Of a DNA stretch of 64,000 nucleotides, positions 38,077-49,100 are shown piece by piece; position 1 is the stretch's first letter; each line of letters opens with the position of its first letter. The translations under genes were made by a program, and so were the position numbers. The notes under the pieces are model-generated. The model ran no database searches. It saw nothing but the letters and a program-made list of their open reading frames with translations, and was not told the DNA's origin. This DNA comes from an uncultured Eubacteriales bacterium. Its GTDB lineage: Bacteria > Bacillota > Clostridia > Oscillospirales > CAG-272. The stretch lies in NCBI GenBank assembly GCA_900545935.1, contig URAP01000006.1, forward strand, positions 2,669 to 66,668, written 5' to 3'.

Positions 38077-39057
38077 ATGAAAACAATTGCGTTTTTTGAC
38101 TCGAAAAAATATGATATAGAAGCCTTTGAGGCGGTGAACGACGGCAGATACGAGCTGCGCTGGTACGACACAAAGCTGAGCATCGACTCGGTCGAGCTCG
38201 CGCGCGGGAAGGATGCCGTGTGCTGCTTTGTAAACGATACCGTCGACCGCGCGGTTATAGACCGGCTGTGCGATATGGGTATCGGGCTGCTGCTCGTCCG
38301 CTGCGCGGGCTACAACAATGTCGATCTGTCCGCTGCAAAGGGCAGACTGCGCGTTATGCGCGTGCCCGCCTACTCGCCGCACGCTATCGCGGAGCATGCG
38401 ATGGCGCTGCTGCTGACGCTCGAGCGAAAGATACACAAGGCATATATCCGCTCGCGTGATTTCAATTTCGACCTGACCGACCTGACAGGACATACCCTGT
38501 ACGGAAAGACGGTCGGCGTCGTAGGTACGGGCAAGATAGGCTACGCCTTTGCAAACATCTGCCGCGGCTTCGGCATGCGCGTGCTCGCGTCCGACCCGTA
38601 TCCGAATCCGTCGCTTGAAGCGGAGTACGTTCCGCTCGACCGTTTGATAGAGGAGAGCAATGTCATCTCGCTGCACTGCCCGCTGACCGATGAAAACTAT
38701 CACATGATAAACGCCGATACAATCGCGCGCATGAAGAACCGCGTTGTGATAATCAATACCTCGCGCGGCGGACTTATTGACTCTGCGGCGCTGCTCGCGG
38801 GGCTCAAGGGCGGCAAGGTACGCGCTGCGGGACTCGATGTTTATGAGGAGGAAGCGGGGCTGTTCTTCAGCGATAACTCGGCAAAGGTCGATATCGCCGA
38901 CACATTGCGCCTGCTTATCTCGCTGCCGAATGTCGTCGTCACCTCACATCAGGGCTACCTGACGTATGAGGCGCTGCACAATATTGCCTCAACAACGCTC
39001 GAAAATGCCGATGCATTCTTTGGCGGCAGAGAGAGCGAAAATGAGGTCGGAATCTGA
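38077..39057 (+). CDS. ldhA: D-lactate dehydrogenase (D-2-hydroxyacid dehydrogenase)
   Basis: GGGAGG SD and ATG at 38077. Collinear with the LdhA pattern (RCAGYNNVDL, GVVGTGKIG, SLHCPLT, NTSRG, GLDVYEEE). Confidence 0.9.
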   Translation: MKTIAFFDSKKYDIEAFEAVNDGRYELRWYDTKLSIDSVELARGKDAVCCFVNDTVDRAVIDRLCDMGIGLLLVRCAGYNNVDLSAAKGRLRVMRVPAYSPHAIAEHAMALLLTLERKIHKAYIRSRDFNFDLTDLTGHTLYGKTVGVVGTGKIGYAFANICRGFGMRVLASDPYPNPSLEAEYVPLDRLIEESNVISLHCPLTDENYHMINADTIARMKNRVVIINTSRGGLIDSAALLAGLKGGKVRAAGLDVYEEEAGLFFSDNSAKVDIADTLRLLISLPNVVVTSHQGYLTYEALHNIASTTLENADAFFGGRESENEVGI

Positions 39058-39201
39058 CAATGTGCGGATGCAGCGCGATTAATGCTTGCGACACCGTTCA
39101 GAGGTTTAATATATTTAGATCGAGGTATGGACCTTGCGCAAAAGCCCGAACAGTGTCACAGCTGCGGTTGGATGCAGATACTACGGAATAATTCAGAAAG
39201 T

Positions 39202-39248
39202 AAAACAGCGATATCGGGGGCGAACATGTCCCCGATATCGCTGTTTTT
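39202..39248. terminator. Bidirectional terminator between ldhA and rubrerythrin
   Basis: AAAACAGCGATATCGGGG-loop-CCCCGATATCGCTGTTTTT. Confidence 0.8.
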
Positions 39249-39313
39249 GCCGTAACCGTCGGCGCTTGTATAGCATCGTGCTCGGCATGCCATGCGGCTG
39301 CGCCGATGCCCGA

Positions 39314-39865
39314 TCACTTACCGAAATATCTCTTGAGCAGACCTGCGAAAGCCTTGCCGTGGCGGGCTTCGTCTCTTGCCATCTCATGTACGGTGTCGTG
39401 AATGGCATCGAGGTTCAGCTTCTTTGCGAGAGCGGCAAGCTCGGTCTTACCCTTGGTCGCGCCGCATTCAGCCTCTACACGCATGGCAAGGTTGCGCTCG
39501 GTGGAATCGGTAACGCACTCGCCGAGCATTTCTGCGAACTTAGCTGCGTGCTCAGCCTCCTCAAGTGCTGCCTTCTCCCAGTACAGACCTATTTCGGGAT
39601 AGCCCTCTCTGTGTGCGACTCTCGACATAGCGAGATACATGCCGACCTCGGAGCACTCGCCCTCAAAATTGGCGCGGAGACCGTCAATGATCTCCTGCGG
39701 GCAGTCCTTTGCAATGCCGACAACATGCTCGGCAGCCCATGTCATCCCCTCGTCGTCCTTTACCTCAACGAACTTGTCTCCTGTTGCTTTGCAGCGGGGG
39801 CAGAGGTCGGGACGGACATCAGACTCAATTATTTCACCGCAAACGGTACATCTCCACTTTTTCAT
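39314..39865 (-). CDS. rbr: Reverse rubrerythrin (N-terminal rubredoxin-like domain, C-terminal diiron ferritin-like domain)
   Basis: CTVCGEII...CPRC at the N-terminus, followed by ExxH diiron motifs ([21 protein letters not shown]). Confidence 0.85.
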   Translation of the reverse strand: MKKWRCTVCGEIIESDVRPDLCPRCKATGDKFVEVKDDEGMTWAAEHVVGIAKDCPQEIIDGLRANFEGECSEVGMYLAMSRVAHREGYPEIGLYWEKAALEEAEHAAKFAEMLGECVTDSTERNLAMRVEAECGATKGKTELAALAKKLNLDAIHDTVHEMARDEARHGKAFAGLLKRYFGK

Positions 39866-39918
39866 ACGAATTTTCTCCTTTCCAGATCTTCGTTTTATGG
39901 GATGATCTCCCCGACATG

Positions 39919-39947
39919 ATTATAGCAAAATATCTGTACAAAGTCAA
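39919..39947 (-). promoter_or_regulatory. Promoter of rubrerythrin
   Basis: On the minus strand: TTGACT, a 17-nt spacer, then TATAAT. Confidence 0.6.
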
Positions 39948-40044
39948 TATTTACCGAAAAATTGTTTTCTCGACTCGATAATCTTTTGCAAACAGCAATA
40001 ATTGTCGACAAACACCGCCGCACATTTCGCTTGTAATAATAATC

Positions 40045-40078
40045 AAACAAAATACCGCCCGGCTGAGGTGCCGGACGG
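40045..40078 (-). terminator. Terminator of the MATE gene
   Basis: CCGTCCGGC/GCCGGGCGG on the minus strand, followed by TATTTTGTTT. Confidence 0.55.
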
Positions 40079-40091
40079 CAGGGGCATATTA

Positions 40092-41474
40092 TTAAACGAG
40101 CTTGTTTGCCCAGTCGCCGCGGCGGAGCAGCAGATATCCGATCAGCGCCTTGATGATGTCGGTAAATGTGACTATAATAAAGGCGGTATGTATCTCAAGC
40201 CCGACGATGTTCATCAGCAGATACGCGAGCGGAGCGACGAAAAAGCACATGAAAATACTGTCGAACAGCATAGTGACGAGTATTTTTCCACCCGAGCGCA
40301 GCGTGAAGTATGAGCAGTAGCCGAAGGCGGCGAACGGCGTTGCCGCAGCGGTGATTATTATCATAAAGGTCGCGAGCGAGCGCACCTCGTCTGTCGTATT
40401 GTAAATGCGCGGAAAGAGGGGCGAGAGTGCGATGAGCAGTCCGCTTATCACTACCGTGCAGCACATTGAAAAGGCTATCATCTTGCGGTTTGCGTCCTTT
40501 GCCTCTTCTATCCTGTCGGCGCCGAGATGGTTGCCGAGTATGATGGCGATAGCGCTGCCGAGCGACTTGTAGACGATATCGAATACCTCAGCGACCGTGA
40601 GACAGATGTTCTGCGCCGCAACGACGGTGAGCCCCGCTCCCGAGTATATCTGATTTCGGAACGTCATGCCGAATACCCACAGACCCTCATTGAGCATGAG
40701 CGGCATACCCTTGACCGTTATCTCGCGGACGAGATGCCCCGGAATGTAGAGCGAGCGGAACGCGCCGACCGCGAACGGACAGCGGAGCTTGTTTCTGTGC
40801 GTCCATACAGCGAGCACGGCGAGCTCGACAAAGCGCGAGGTAACAGTCGCTATCGCAGCGCCTACCGCACCGAGCCTGGGCGCGCCGAGCAGACCGAAGA
40901 TGAGTATAAGATTCAGACAGAAGTTAGTCACGACCGCCGCGATGCTTGCGACCATCGGGATCATAGCGCTGCCGGTCTCGCGAAGCGTTGACGAATACGC
41001 CTGAGAAAGCGCATACGGTATAAGTCCGAACAGCGCCGCAAGCAGGTATTTTTTGCCCTCCGCAAGCGTCAGCGCCGTGTCTGCGCCCGAGCCGTCTGCG
41101 TGCAGAAAAAGCGATATCAGCCCGTCGCCGAAGCATAAAAATATTGCGATGCCGACCGCTGCCGTCAGGAGATTGACTATTATCTTGAAGCGAAAGGTAT
41201 AGCGAACGCCGTCCGTGTTTCCTGTGCCGTGATACTGCGCGGTGAATATTCCCGCCGCAGATACCGCACCGAAGAGCAGCAGCTGCAGAACGAACAGCAG
41301 CTGATTGACGATGGATACGCCCGACATTACCTCTGTGCCGAGCCGCCCGACCATAATGTTGTCGAGCAGGCTGACAAAATTCGTTATTCCGTTCTGTATC
41401 ATTATCGGCACCGCCACCGCAAGAACCGAGCGGTAGAATGCCTTGCTTCCTATGTATTTTTTAATGTTAGCCAT
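40092..41474 (-). CDS. MATE-family efflux transporter
   Basis: 460 aa, 12-TM pattern, and the N-terminal AVPIMIQNGITNFVSLLDNIMVGRLG MATE signature. Confidence 0.85.
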   Translation of the reverse strand: MANIKKYIGSKAFYRSVLAVAVPIMIQNGITNFVSLLDNIMVGRLGTEVMSGVSIVNQLLFVLQLLLFGAVSAAGIFTAQYHGTGNTDGVRYTFRFKIIVNLLTAAVGIAIFLCFGDGLISLFLHADGSGADTALTLAEGKKYLLAALFGLIPYALSQAYSSTLRETGSAMIPMVASIAAVVTNFCLNLILIFGLLGAPRLGAVGAAIATVTSRFVELAVLAVWTHRNKLRCPFAVGAFRSLYIPGHLVREITVKGMPLMLNEGLWVFGMTFRNQIYSGAGLTVVAAQNICLTVAEVFDIVYKSLGSAIAIILGNHLGADRIEEAKDANRKMIAFSMCCTVVISGLLIALSPLFPRIYNTTDEVRSLATFMIIITAAATPFAAFGYCSYFTLRSGGKILVTMLFDSIFMCFFVAPLAYLLMNIVGLEIHTAFIIVTFTDIIKALIGYLLLRRGDWANKLV

Positions 41475-41531
41475 ATATCTTTCTTTTCGGCTGCCGTGTG
41501 CCGCGGCAGTCTTGTTTTTCTCAGAAATTAA

Positions 41532-41567
41532 AGGTACAAGAGCAGCTCTTGTTCCGCTCTTGTACCT
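41532..41567 (-). terminator. 12-bp hairpin after the sugar-phosphate isomerase gene
   Basis: AGGTACAAGAGC-12 nt-GCTCTTGTACCT. A T-rich tract follows on the minus strand. Confidence 0.45.
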
Positions 41568-41680
41568 ATGAATATTAATCGCTTCCCGCTCCGCGCGCCG
41601 ATGTACGGTATGCAGAGCAACTGTGCCCGCTCTCTTGGCGGGGAAAGCCGCGAGCCGAATCGTGCAGGTCTCTGCGGTTA

Positions 41681-42469
41681 TCAGAAGAATCTCGAATGCA
41701 GGAACTCACTGCTTATCCGCAGTGACTCGAACGGATCGCCGGGGCAGTTGTCAAGCTCAACGATATAATGCTTGCAGCCGACCTTCTGGCAGGACTCGAT
41801 GAGTCCCTCCCACCACATGTTGCCCTGACCGACCTCGGTATAATAGGGGGTAGGCATGTCGTTTACGCGCTTGATAGCCATATCCTTGAGATGGACGATT
41901 GCGAGACGGCTGCCGAGACGGTCCTCTATGAGATGGCGGACATCGCATCCGCCGTGATGCGCCCAGTAGGTATCAAGGGTGAATACGAGGTTTGGAGAGG
42001 TGTTGTCGATTATCATGTCATACGGAATTCTTCCGTCGGGGAGACGGATGAACTCGTGGTTATGCTGATGGTAGCTGAAGCGATAGCCTGCCTTTTCGGC
42101 ATCCGCCGCCATCTTGTTCAGGTCGACGACGAGCTGCTCATATTCCTCAACGGTGTCTGCCCACCAGCCGCCGATGCCCATGATGTTGTCTGCGAGACCG
42201 AGCGCCTTATGCTCCTCGAGTGCTCTCGGAAATTCGTCGCGGTATTTCTCGTATATATCGTGCGTACCGATGATATCAAGACCGGCATCGCGTGCGAGCT
42301 TTCCGTATGCCTCGTAGGAGATATCGCCATCGGTCGGGTGTCCTGCGGTCTGTATCTCATCGTAGCCGAGCTTCTTCAGGCGCTCAAAGGTACGCTTAAT
42401 ATCGTCCTCTGTATTCATAAAGTCGCGAACGGTAAATACCTGTGCGCCTATCTTTTCCAGTTTTTCCAT
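41681..42469 (-). CDS. Sugar phosphate isomerase/epimerase (xylose isomerase-like TIM barrel)
   Basis: AP-endonuclease 2/TIM-barrel pattern (GYDEIQ, HQHNHEF, VHLKD). Confidence 0.7.
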   Translation of the reverse strand: MEKLEKIGAQVFTVRDFMNTEDDIKRTFERLKKLGYDEIQTAGHPTDGDISYEAYGKLARDAGLDIIGTHDIYEKYRDEFPRALEEHKALGLADNIMGIGGWWADTVEEYEQLVVDLNKMAADAEKAGYRFSYHQHNHEFIRLPDGRIPYDMIIDNTSPNLVFTLDTYWAHHGGCDVRHLIEDRLGSRLAIVHLKDMAIKRVNDMPTPYYTEVGQGNMWWEGLIESCQKVGCKHYIVELDNCPGDPFESLRISSEFLHSRFF

Positions 42470-42606
42470 TGGAATATCCTCCGATACTTTTCGGTTGCGG
42501 GTGCGGCAAAAATATACCGTTACCCTTGTGTCTCGATTATATCACAAATACATATATAAAATCAATGCTTTTTGCAAAAAAGCGCTGACCGAGAATCGCC
42601 TTCGAA

Positions 42607-42639
42607 GCAAAAACGGGACCGCTTGCGGCGATCCCGTTT
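42607..42639 (-). terminator. Terminator of putP
   Basis: Minus strand CAAACGGGATCGCCGCAAGCGGTCCCGTTTTTG. Confidence 0.65.
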
Positions 42640-42720
42640 GAAAATATGCTTTTGCTTTCGGCTGCTGCGGCGGTATACATTCAAGGATTTGATATGAAGA
42701 GCCGCGCCGATGTGAGGCGA

Positions 42721-44262
42721 TTACTTTGTTGTGCGAACTGCGTCGAAGGTCTCCGTTACATCCTTATCGGGAGCCTTGGTCGCAAGGCTGACGATAACGG
42801 TCAGGAGTATCGCAACTATGAATGCGGGCAGCAGCTCATAGATATCGAGTACAGTGCCCTTGAATGCTTCGCGAATGATGAACTTCCAAATGAATACGGT
42901 AGCGCCGCCGCCTATCATGCCCGCGAGTGCGCCCCACTTGGTGGTGCGTCTCCAGAAGAGTGCGCAGAGGATAACGGGGCCGAATGCAGCGCCGAAGCCT
43001 GCCCATGCAAACGAGACGATACGGAATACCGAGGAGCTCGGGTCGCGCGCGAGGAATATGCCGATTATCGAGATGACAACGACCGTGACACGGGCAAGTA
43101 TCATCTTAGCGCGCTCGGAGAGGCGTACATGCATGGTGTCGACGAGGATATCCTGCGTAATGCTCGAGGATGCAGCTATGAGCTGCGAGTCTGCGGTCGA
43201 CATTGTGGATGCGAGGATACCGGAGATGAATATTCCTGCAACGAACGAAGGGATAAAGCCGAAACCGCTTATATATCTCGAGATATCAACGATAATGGTC
43301 TCAGCCTCGGAGTTGGAGGCGTAGGGACCGACGATGCCCGCGGTCATCAGGCTGTAACCGACGACGCCGATGAGTATCGCGATAGCCATCGAGATAACCA
43401 CCCATACAGAAGCAATGCGGCGGGATTTTTTGAGCTCATCGGGGTCGCTTATCGCCATAAAGCGGAGCAGGATGTGCGGCATTCCGAAGTAGCCGAGACC
43501 CCATGCGAGTGTGGAGACGACCGATATCGCGCCGTAGCTCGATGCCGTTCCCTTTGCAACGTCAAAGCCGCGGAAGAGGTCGGTAAAGCCGTCGAGCGAA
43601 CGAACGTTTGCAAACACCTTGTCAAAGCCGCCGATGAAGCCCTCACCGAGACCGAGCACGACAAAGAGCGCAACCGTCATGATGATGCTCTGAATAAGGT
43701 CGGTGGTCGATGCCGCAAGGAATCCGCCGAGCGCACAGTACAGAACTATAACTACCGCGCTGATTATCATTGCGGTCATATAGTCGATGCCGAACATATT
43801 CGAGAAGAGCTTGCCGCATGCCGAGAAGCCGGAAGCGGTGTAGGGGATGAAGAAGATGATTATAACGATTGCGGCAACGGCGGAGAGCATGTGGTACTTA
43901 TCGCCGAAGCGGCGTGAGAAGAAGGACGGTACGGTCACCGCGCCGATCTTCTCGGAGTAGATACGCAGGCGCTTTGCGACAAAGAGCCAGTTGAGGTAGG
44001 TACCTACGGCAAGACCGATCGCGGTCCATGTCGCCTCTGCAAGTCCGCACATGAGCGCAAGTCCCGGGATGCCCATGAGCAGATATGCGCTCATGTCAGA
44101 AGCCTCCGCACTCATCGCGGTGACGAGCGGTCCGAGCTTTCTTCCGCCGAGGTAGAAATCATCGGATGTTTTTGTTTTTCTTGATACTCCGACGCCGATC
44201 GCTATCATCATTATCATGTAGAGAACGATGGCGGCAAGTATCACCCATTCTGATGTTGTCAT
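42721..44262 (-). CDS. putP: Sodium:solute (proline-type) symporter
   Basis: 513 aa SSS-family protein with an N-terminal DFYLGGRKLGP motif. Confidence 0.8.
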   Translation of the reverse strand: MTTSEWVILAAIVLYMIMMIAIGVGVSRKTKTSDDFYLGGRKLGPLVTAMSAEASDMSAYLLMGIPGLALMCGLAEATWTAIGLAVGTYLNWLFVAKRLRIYSEKIGAVTVPSFFSRRFGDKYHMLSAVAAIVIIIFFIPYTASGFSACGKLFSNMFGIDYMTAMIISAVVIVLYCALGGFLAASTTDLIQSIIMTVALFVVLGLGEGFIGGFDKVFANVRSLDGFTDLFRGFDVAKGTASSYGAISVVSTLAWGLGYFGMPHILLRFMAISDPDELKKSRRIASVWVVISMAIAILIGVVGYSLMTAGIVGPYASNSEAETIIVDISRYISGFGFIPSFVAGIFISGILASTMSTADSQLIAASSSITQDILVDTMHVRLSERAKMILARVTVVVISIIGIFLARDPSSSVFRIVSFAWAGFGAAFGPVILCALFWRRTTKWGALAGMIGGGATVFIWKFIIREAFKGTVLDIYELLPAFIVAILLTVIVSLATKAPDKDVTETFDAVRTTK

Positions 44263-44412
44263 GATATATGCCTTTCAAGGAATTCATAATTTTCGTTATT
44301 CTATCACAATTTTAGTTAGACTGAAATACAGAATAAAGTACATACTTTTTTTGATATCAAAATCGGATATTTCAATAATATTCGTTGTAATTAAGCGATA
44401 TTTTAATAGACT

Positions 44413-44426
44413 AATGTACGTACATT
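44413..44426. promoter_or_regulatory. Perfect 14-bp palindrome upstream of putP (candidate operator)
   Basis: AATGTACGTACATT, in the AT-rich tetR-putP spacer. Confidence 0.35.
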
Positions 44427-44595
44427 TTAAAAGCGAAAAAACAGACTAAATTTTTTTCTTGTTTTTTTGATAAAATTTACGTAACAAAGCAGCTGTGTGT
44501 GAAAACGGGAATTGCAATCCCGATAAGAAAAAATAAAGGCGGAGTGCCGATGATCCGTCCTTATTTTTCTTATTCTTGTGATGAAGGTCCGATAT

Positions 44596-44620
44596 GAAAA
44601 CTAAACCTGCACATTGCAGG
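44596..44620 (-). terminator. Weak terminator after tetR
   Basis: CCTGCA-3 nt-TGCAGG, then TTTAGTTTTC on the minus strand. Confidence 0.35.
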
Positions 44621-44655
44621 GCGGTCTCAGTCATATGCTGCGGTATTTTACAGCA

Positions 44656-45288
44656 CTATTGATTAGTGCGGCTTTCCTCTGTACATGTCTTTTCGGCGGC
44701 AGCCGCTTCGGAGGTATATGAGCGCATCAGCATAGGCAGCATTCGCGCGCTGTACGAGCAGAGCGAATAGTCGCCGCCGCAGAGGCACCAGTCGTACATT
44801 ATGGCTCGTTCGTACATCGCATAAGCCTTGACTATATCGTTTACCGATACGTCGTCGCGCAGCTCTCCGCTCTGCTGCCCCGCAAGGATTATCGAGCGCA
44901 GCAGCTTATAGTATGTGCGATCGTGGTCGAGCAGGTGTTTTTCGCTCTTGGTTATCAGCTGAGAGGAGAGCAGACGGGCGAGCAGCTCGATGGAAACGGT
45001 GTCCTCTATCATGCGGAACAGCTCGCGGTTGAGGAAGAGCAGCTGCTCGATATATCCCATACCGTCGAGTCGGTCGCTCAGCTCCTCATATTTATCGTCA
45101 AAGAGATAGGAGAGCGAGGAGAGCAGAGCATCCTTTCCGCTGAAATAGTGGTAAAATGAACCCTTGGAGGTCTCGGATTCATAGATGATATCGTCGACCG
45201 TCGTGTCCTCGTAGCCCTGCTCGTAGAACAGCTTCCATGCCGTCGAGACTATACGTCCCTTTGTATTTCTTATGTTTTTCTTTTTCAT
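44656..45288 (-). CDS. TetR-family transcriptional regulator
   Basis: N-terminal GRIVSTAWKLFYEQGYEDTTVDDIIYESETSKGSFYHYF HTH signature. Confidence 0.85.
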   Translation of the reverse strand: MKKKNIRNTKGRIVSTAWKLFYEQGYEDTTVDDIIYESETSKGSFYHYFSGKDALLSSLSYLFDDKYEELSDRLDGMGYIEQLLFLNRELFRMIEDTVSIELLARLLSSQLITKSEKHLLDHDRTYYKLLRSIILAGQQSGELRDDVSVNDIVKAYAMYERAIMYDWCLCGGDYSLCSYSARMLPMLMRSYTSEAAAAEKTCTEESRTNQ

Positions 45289-45357
45289 GGCACTACCTCT
45301 TGTTGTGATTGGGGCGCTGCCGATGTCGGAACCGCCCCTTTTTTCGGAGCTGTGCTT

Positions 45358-46083
45358 TTACAGCTCCGGCTTGAATGCCGGCATAAGCTGAAGCTTGAAG
45401 AGATTCAGACGGTGACGGCGGTCGATGTTTGCTTTTTTGTCCGCGTCGTCTATCTCGCCGGTGCGGATATAGCGGTCAAGCTCGGCGTAGGTAAAGCCGA
45501 GGTTGTCCTCGTCCGTCTTTCCGCACAGCCCGTCCGACGGTACCTTGTCAACGAGACAGTCCGGCAGACCGAGCGCGCGGCCTATCGCCTTGACCTCGGT
45601 AACGGTAAGACCCGACAGCGGACTGAAATCTCCTGCGGCATCACCGTATCTTGTCGAGTAGCCTACCCAGTCCTCGGAGAGATTGCAGGTGTTTACGACT
45701 CGTCCGTTATGGCTCTGCGCAACGGCATACAGTGCGGTCATGCGCACGCGGGGCGGTATGTTGGTTCTCGTCTGTGTCGACAGCTCGAAGGGCAGTGCCG
45801 AGGTCAGCCCGTCGACGGCAGCCTTTACGTTGACAACATAGTGCTTAATTTCGAGATGGGAAACGAGCAGCTCGGCAGAGTCGATATCGGGCTGAACACC
45901 GCAGGGCATGAGCACGCCTATCACGCGGTCTTTGCCGAGCGCCTCGACGCAGAGCGCCGCCGCAACAGAGCTGTCCTTACCACCCGAGATACCTACCACG
46001 GCGTTGCAGCCGCGTCCGTTCTCTTCAAAGAATTCTCTTATCCATTCTACGCATTCGTTCTTGATCCGTACAGCGTCAAACAT
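45358..46083 (-). CDS. nadE: Ammonia-dependent NAD+ synthetase
   Basis: PP-loop GISGGKDSSV; 241 aa. Confidence 0.9.
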   Translation of the reverse strand: MFDAVRIKNECVEWIREFFEENGRGCNAVVGISGGKDSSVAAALCVEALGKDRVIGVLMPCGVQPDIDSAELLVSHLEIKHYVVNVKAAVDGLTSALPFELSTQTRTNIPPRVRMTALYAVAQSHNGRVVNTCNLSEDWVGYSTRYGDAAGDFSPLSGLTVTEVKAIGRALGLPDCLVDKVPSDGLCGKTDEDNLGFTYAELDRYIRTGEIDDADKKANIDRRHRLNLFKLQLMPAFKPEL

Positions 46084-46154
46084 TTTCTTCTCCTTCGGTT
46101 ATATGTTATATTTATATGCTTGTGATGTCTGCCGTGCTGCTCACGGCGGGCGTT

Positions 46155-49100
46155 TTACTTAGGGTCGACCTCGTCTATCGTCAGGCGAATGCGCAGATCG
46201 GGCAGCGGTCTGCCGTCCTCACCGAGCAGCAGCATTCGGAAGCGCAGCGGCTCACTCGAGGTATTGTCTGCTTCGATAACTATCCTATGCCTGCCGGAGG
46301 TCATTGTCAGCTCCTCCTCGTACACCTCGCCTCCGTCGACGTACAGCCTCAGCGGAACACTTCCCCACAGCCTTGCCTTTATGCGCTCGGTGCGTTCCTT
46401 GTCGGCAAAGGCGGTCAAAAAATAGTGCCTGCCGGCGCTGTTTGGTACGGTTATTATGCCGCTTTCGCGGTCGCGCTCGACCTTTAGCATCCATCCGTAC
46501 AGCCCTTCGCCGAGGTTGTTCAGCGAAAACTGCGGGTCGGTGTAGTATTCGCGTGCGCGGTCAATATCCTGCCAAGGCTCTATCGGCAGTGTCATAAAGT
46601 ACTGTACCGCATCGTGCTCTTCCGTGTGCTCGCAGTCGAACAGCGCGGCATCTGTCTGTGCGCCGAGTCCGGACAGCAGCTGTGCGTATACCCGTATATC
46701 CTTTTCGTCGTCCGTGCGCGCGGTGAGCGTAGATACGGTCATGCTGCCGTCGCCGAGCGGAAAACGTGAGACGAGCGTCAGCGGCTCGCGCGGGTGCTCG
46801 CGGTTCATGCTGACCATAGGGATTATCAGTGCCTCGCGGCGTATACGATGCCAGAACGAATCCTCCCATATAGTGTTCGGAACATCACAGACGAGCGCCT
46901 CTCCGCCCTCGATTTCTACCGACGAAAAGGCAAGACGCTTGTTTTCGACCTGCCTCGGAGACATCGGTATCTTGTCGTAGCGGAATAGGTCAACGGGGGA
47001 TATGCCGCGCGTCAGCGGGTCGCCCGTGACCTTCGCATGCGACAGCTCAGCAGGGTGCAGGGTAATGCGCTTGCCGACCGAGTGTGAGAGACGGTCGGCG
47101 CTGTCGCCGCTCGGTGAGATGATGAGCACATCCCCTCCCGCACGTGCAAATGCGGCAAGTGTATCGGTATCCGCGCTGCCGTCGGCGAGGCAGATGCCGT
47201 TCTCGTCACGATGCGCCAAGGCTGCGGGAAGGAGTGATGTGTGCGGTGTACCGAGACGGTCGAGCAGAGCTGCCGCCTCCGTCCCTGCCGAATAGACCTT
47301 GCGGTATCTGCGAGAAGCTGTCGTATCGGCATATTCCAGCATATTGCGCAGCAGCTGAGCCGCCTGCGGAACTGCGGAGTAATTCTCGCCGAGCTCTATC
47401 TGACAGAGCAGGATGGTGCCGCGCCCGAGCTGTGCCGCCATCAGCGGAGACCATAGGTCGCCGCCGTCGGCATAATCACCTGCAGCGCACTCGAGTACAA
47501 AGGTGTACCCGCCGCCTGCCGGCTTTTCGTAGCAGCGGTGAATAAACGGTTCGGGGCGCTCCTCTGTCACCGTCGGACCCCAGAATATCATATCCGCATC
47601 GGTAATGCCGCGCAGCAGAGGATGCTCGGGATTGCCCGCATGTGCGCTGAAGAAGTCGCCGTCGGTCATGCTCAGCTCGCCTATTATATAGGTCGACTGT
47701 GCAAGAACTATCAGTCTGCCGCCAGAGCGTACAAACTCGCGCAGAGCGGCACGCATAGGCTCGGGATCGTCGGTCAGGTGCTCGCCGAGCACGAGGATGT
47801 CACCGTCGCCGAGACGCTCAAGATAGTGCTCAAGCTCGGCGGGAGTGCCGATGTATGTGCAATCGGGGCAGAGCGGCGAGATCAGATCTCTGTTGCCGTC
47901 GCTGCCGTATACGAATACACGGTGTGTCAGGCGGAGCGGCTCGGTGCGCATGCCGCGCGGGTATATGTTGTAGTCCTGCCGGAGCGTGAACTGCTCTGCG
48001 CCCTCGTGCCGCAGCGTCAGTACAAGCTCGGCATATCCGCGCTCCGAAAGCTCGGGAAGCGGTAGGGTGAATTCGGCGGTTTTGTGTTCGGCGGGCTGCT
48101 GTGTGAAGCGCAGCTCGGTGCGGTATTCGGCGCCCGATATCGAAAACCGGCATTCGACCGTTACCTCGTGCGCCTCGCGTGTGTCATTGTATACGTCAAA
48201 GCTGCGGCGCAGCGGTTCTCCGTCGTAAAAGCTGCTGTTGTACTCGCGGCGTATTATCGTTACCGAACGGTACGCCTCGCGCATGAACGCCATTACCGGA
48301 TTCTCGCGGCAGAGCGGGTATTCCGTCGGCAGCATACCGTTGTTTATCGTCAGCGAATACTTCGGTATCTTCGGCAGCCGCGGATCGCCGGTGTATATAT
48401 CCTCGTCCGGCATACTGCGGGTAAAGTAGTAGGCAAAGTTGAAGGTCGAGATGCCCGATACGCCCTTTCGGCGCGCATCCTCCTGAAACAGTCTCTCTTT
48501 TGCTGCAAAGCCGATAGCGCACGGCTCGAAATCGTCATATGCGCCGAGCCCGACATAGGCGCTCGCGTTCTGAGGGCATACGAACCACATTCCGCCGTGT
48601 TCGCCTACCGTCAGCGGCTTTTCGCGCCGCCACTGGGCTATCGTGCCGTCGATGTTATAGTGGTAGCTCTCTATCTCGGTCATCTCGTACGGCAGCAGCC
48701 GATTGTCTCCGTCGAGCGATATCAGGCGCGTCGGGTCCTCGCGGTGCATTGCCTCCATCCAATCGGGGATATGCAGCTTGAATTCATCGCGCCCGTCGAC
48801 CCATCGCATCTCGTTTTCGATGCTCCAGAAAATAACGCAGGGATGATTTCGGTCGCGGCGGACAAGGCGAACGGCTTGTCTGCCGCAGCGCTCGAGATAC
48901 TGCGGATGTGCGGCATCCATACCCTTGCCGGAGCCGTATATCGCAGTCTCGTCGACTATGAGCATTCCGACCTCGTCTGCTGCATCGAGATAGTATTGCG
49001 GGTGCGGCTCGGCATGCAGACGAACGTAGTTTACACCGTTTTGCCGACACAACTCGTACCAGTTCAGTGCATACTGCTTGGTCATCTGTATAGGCCCCTG

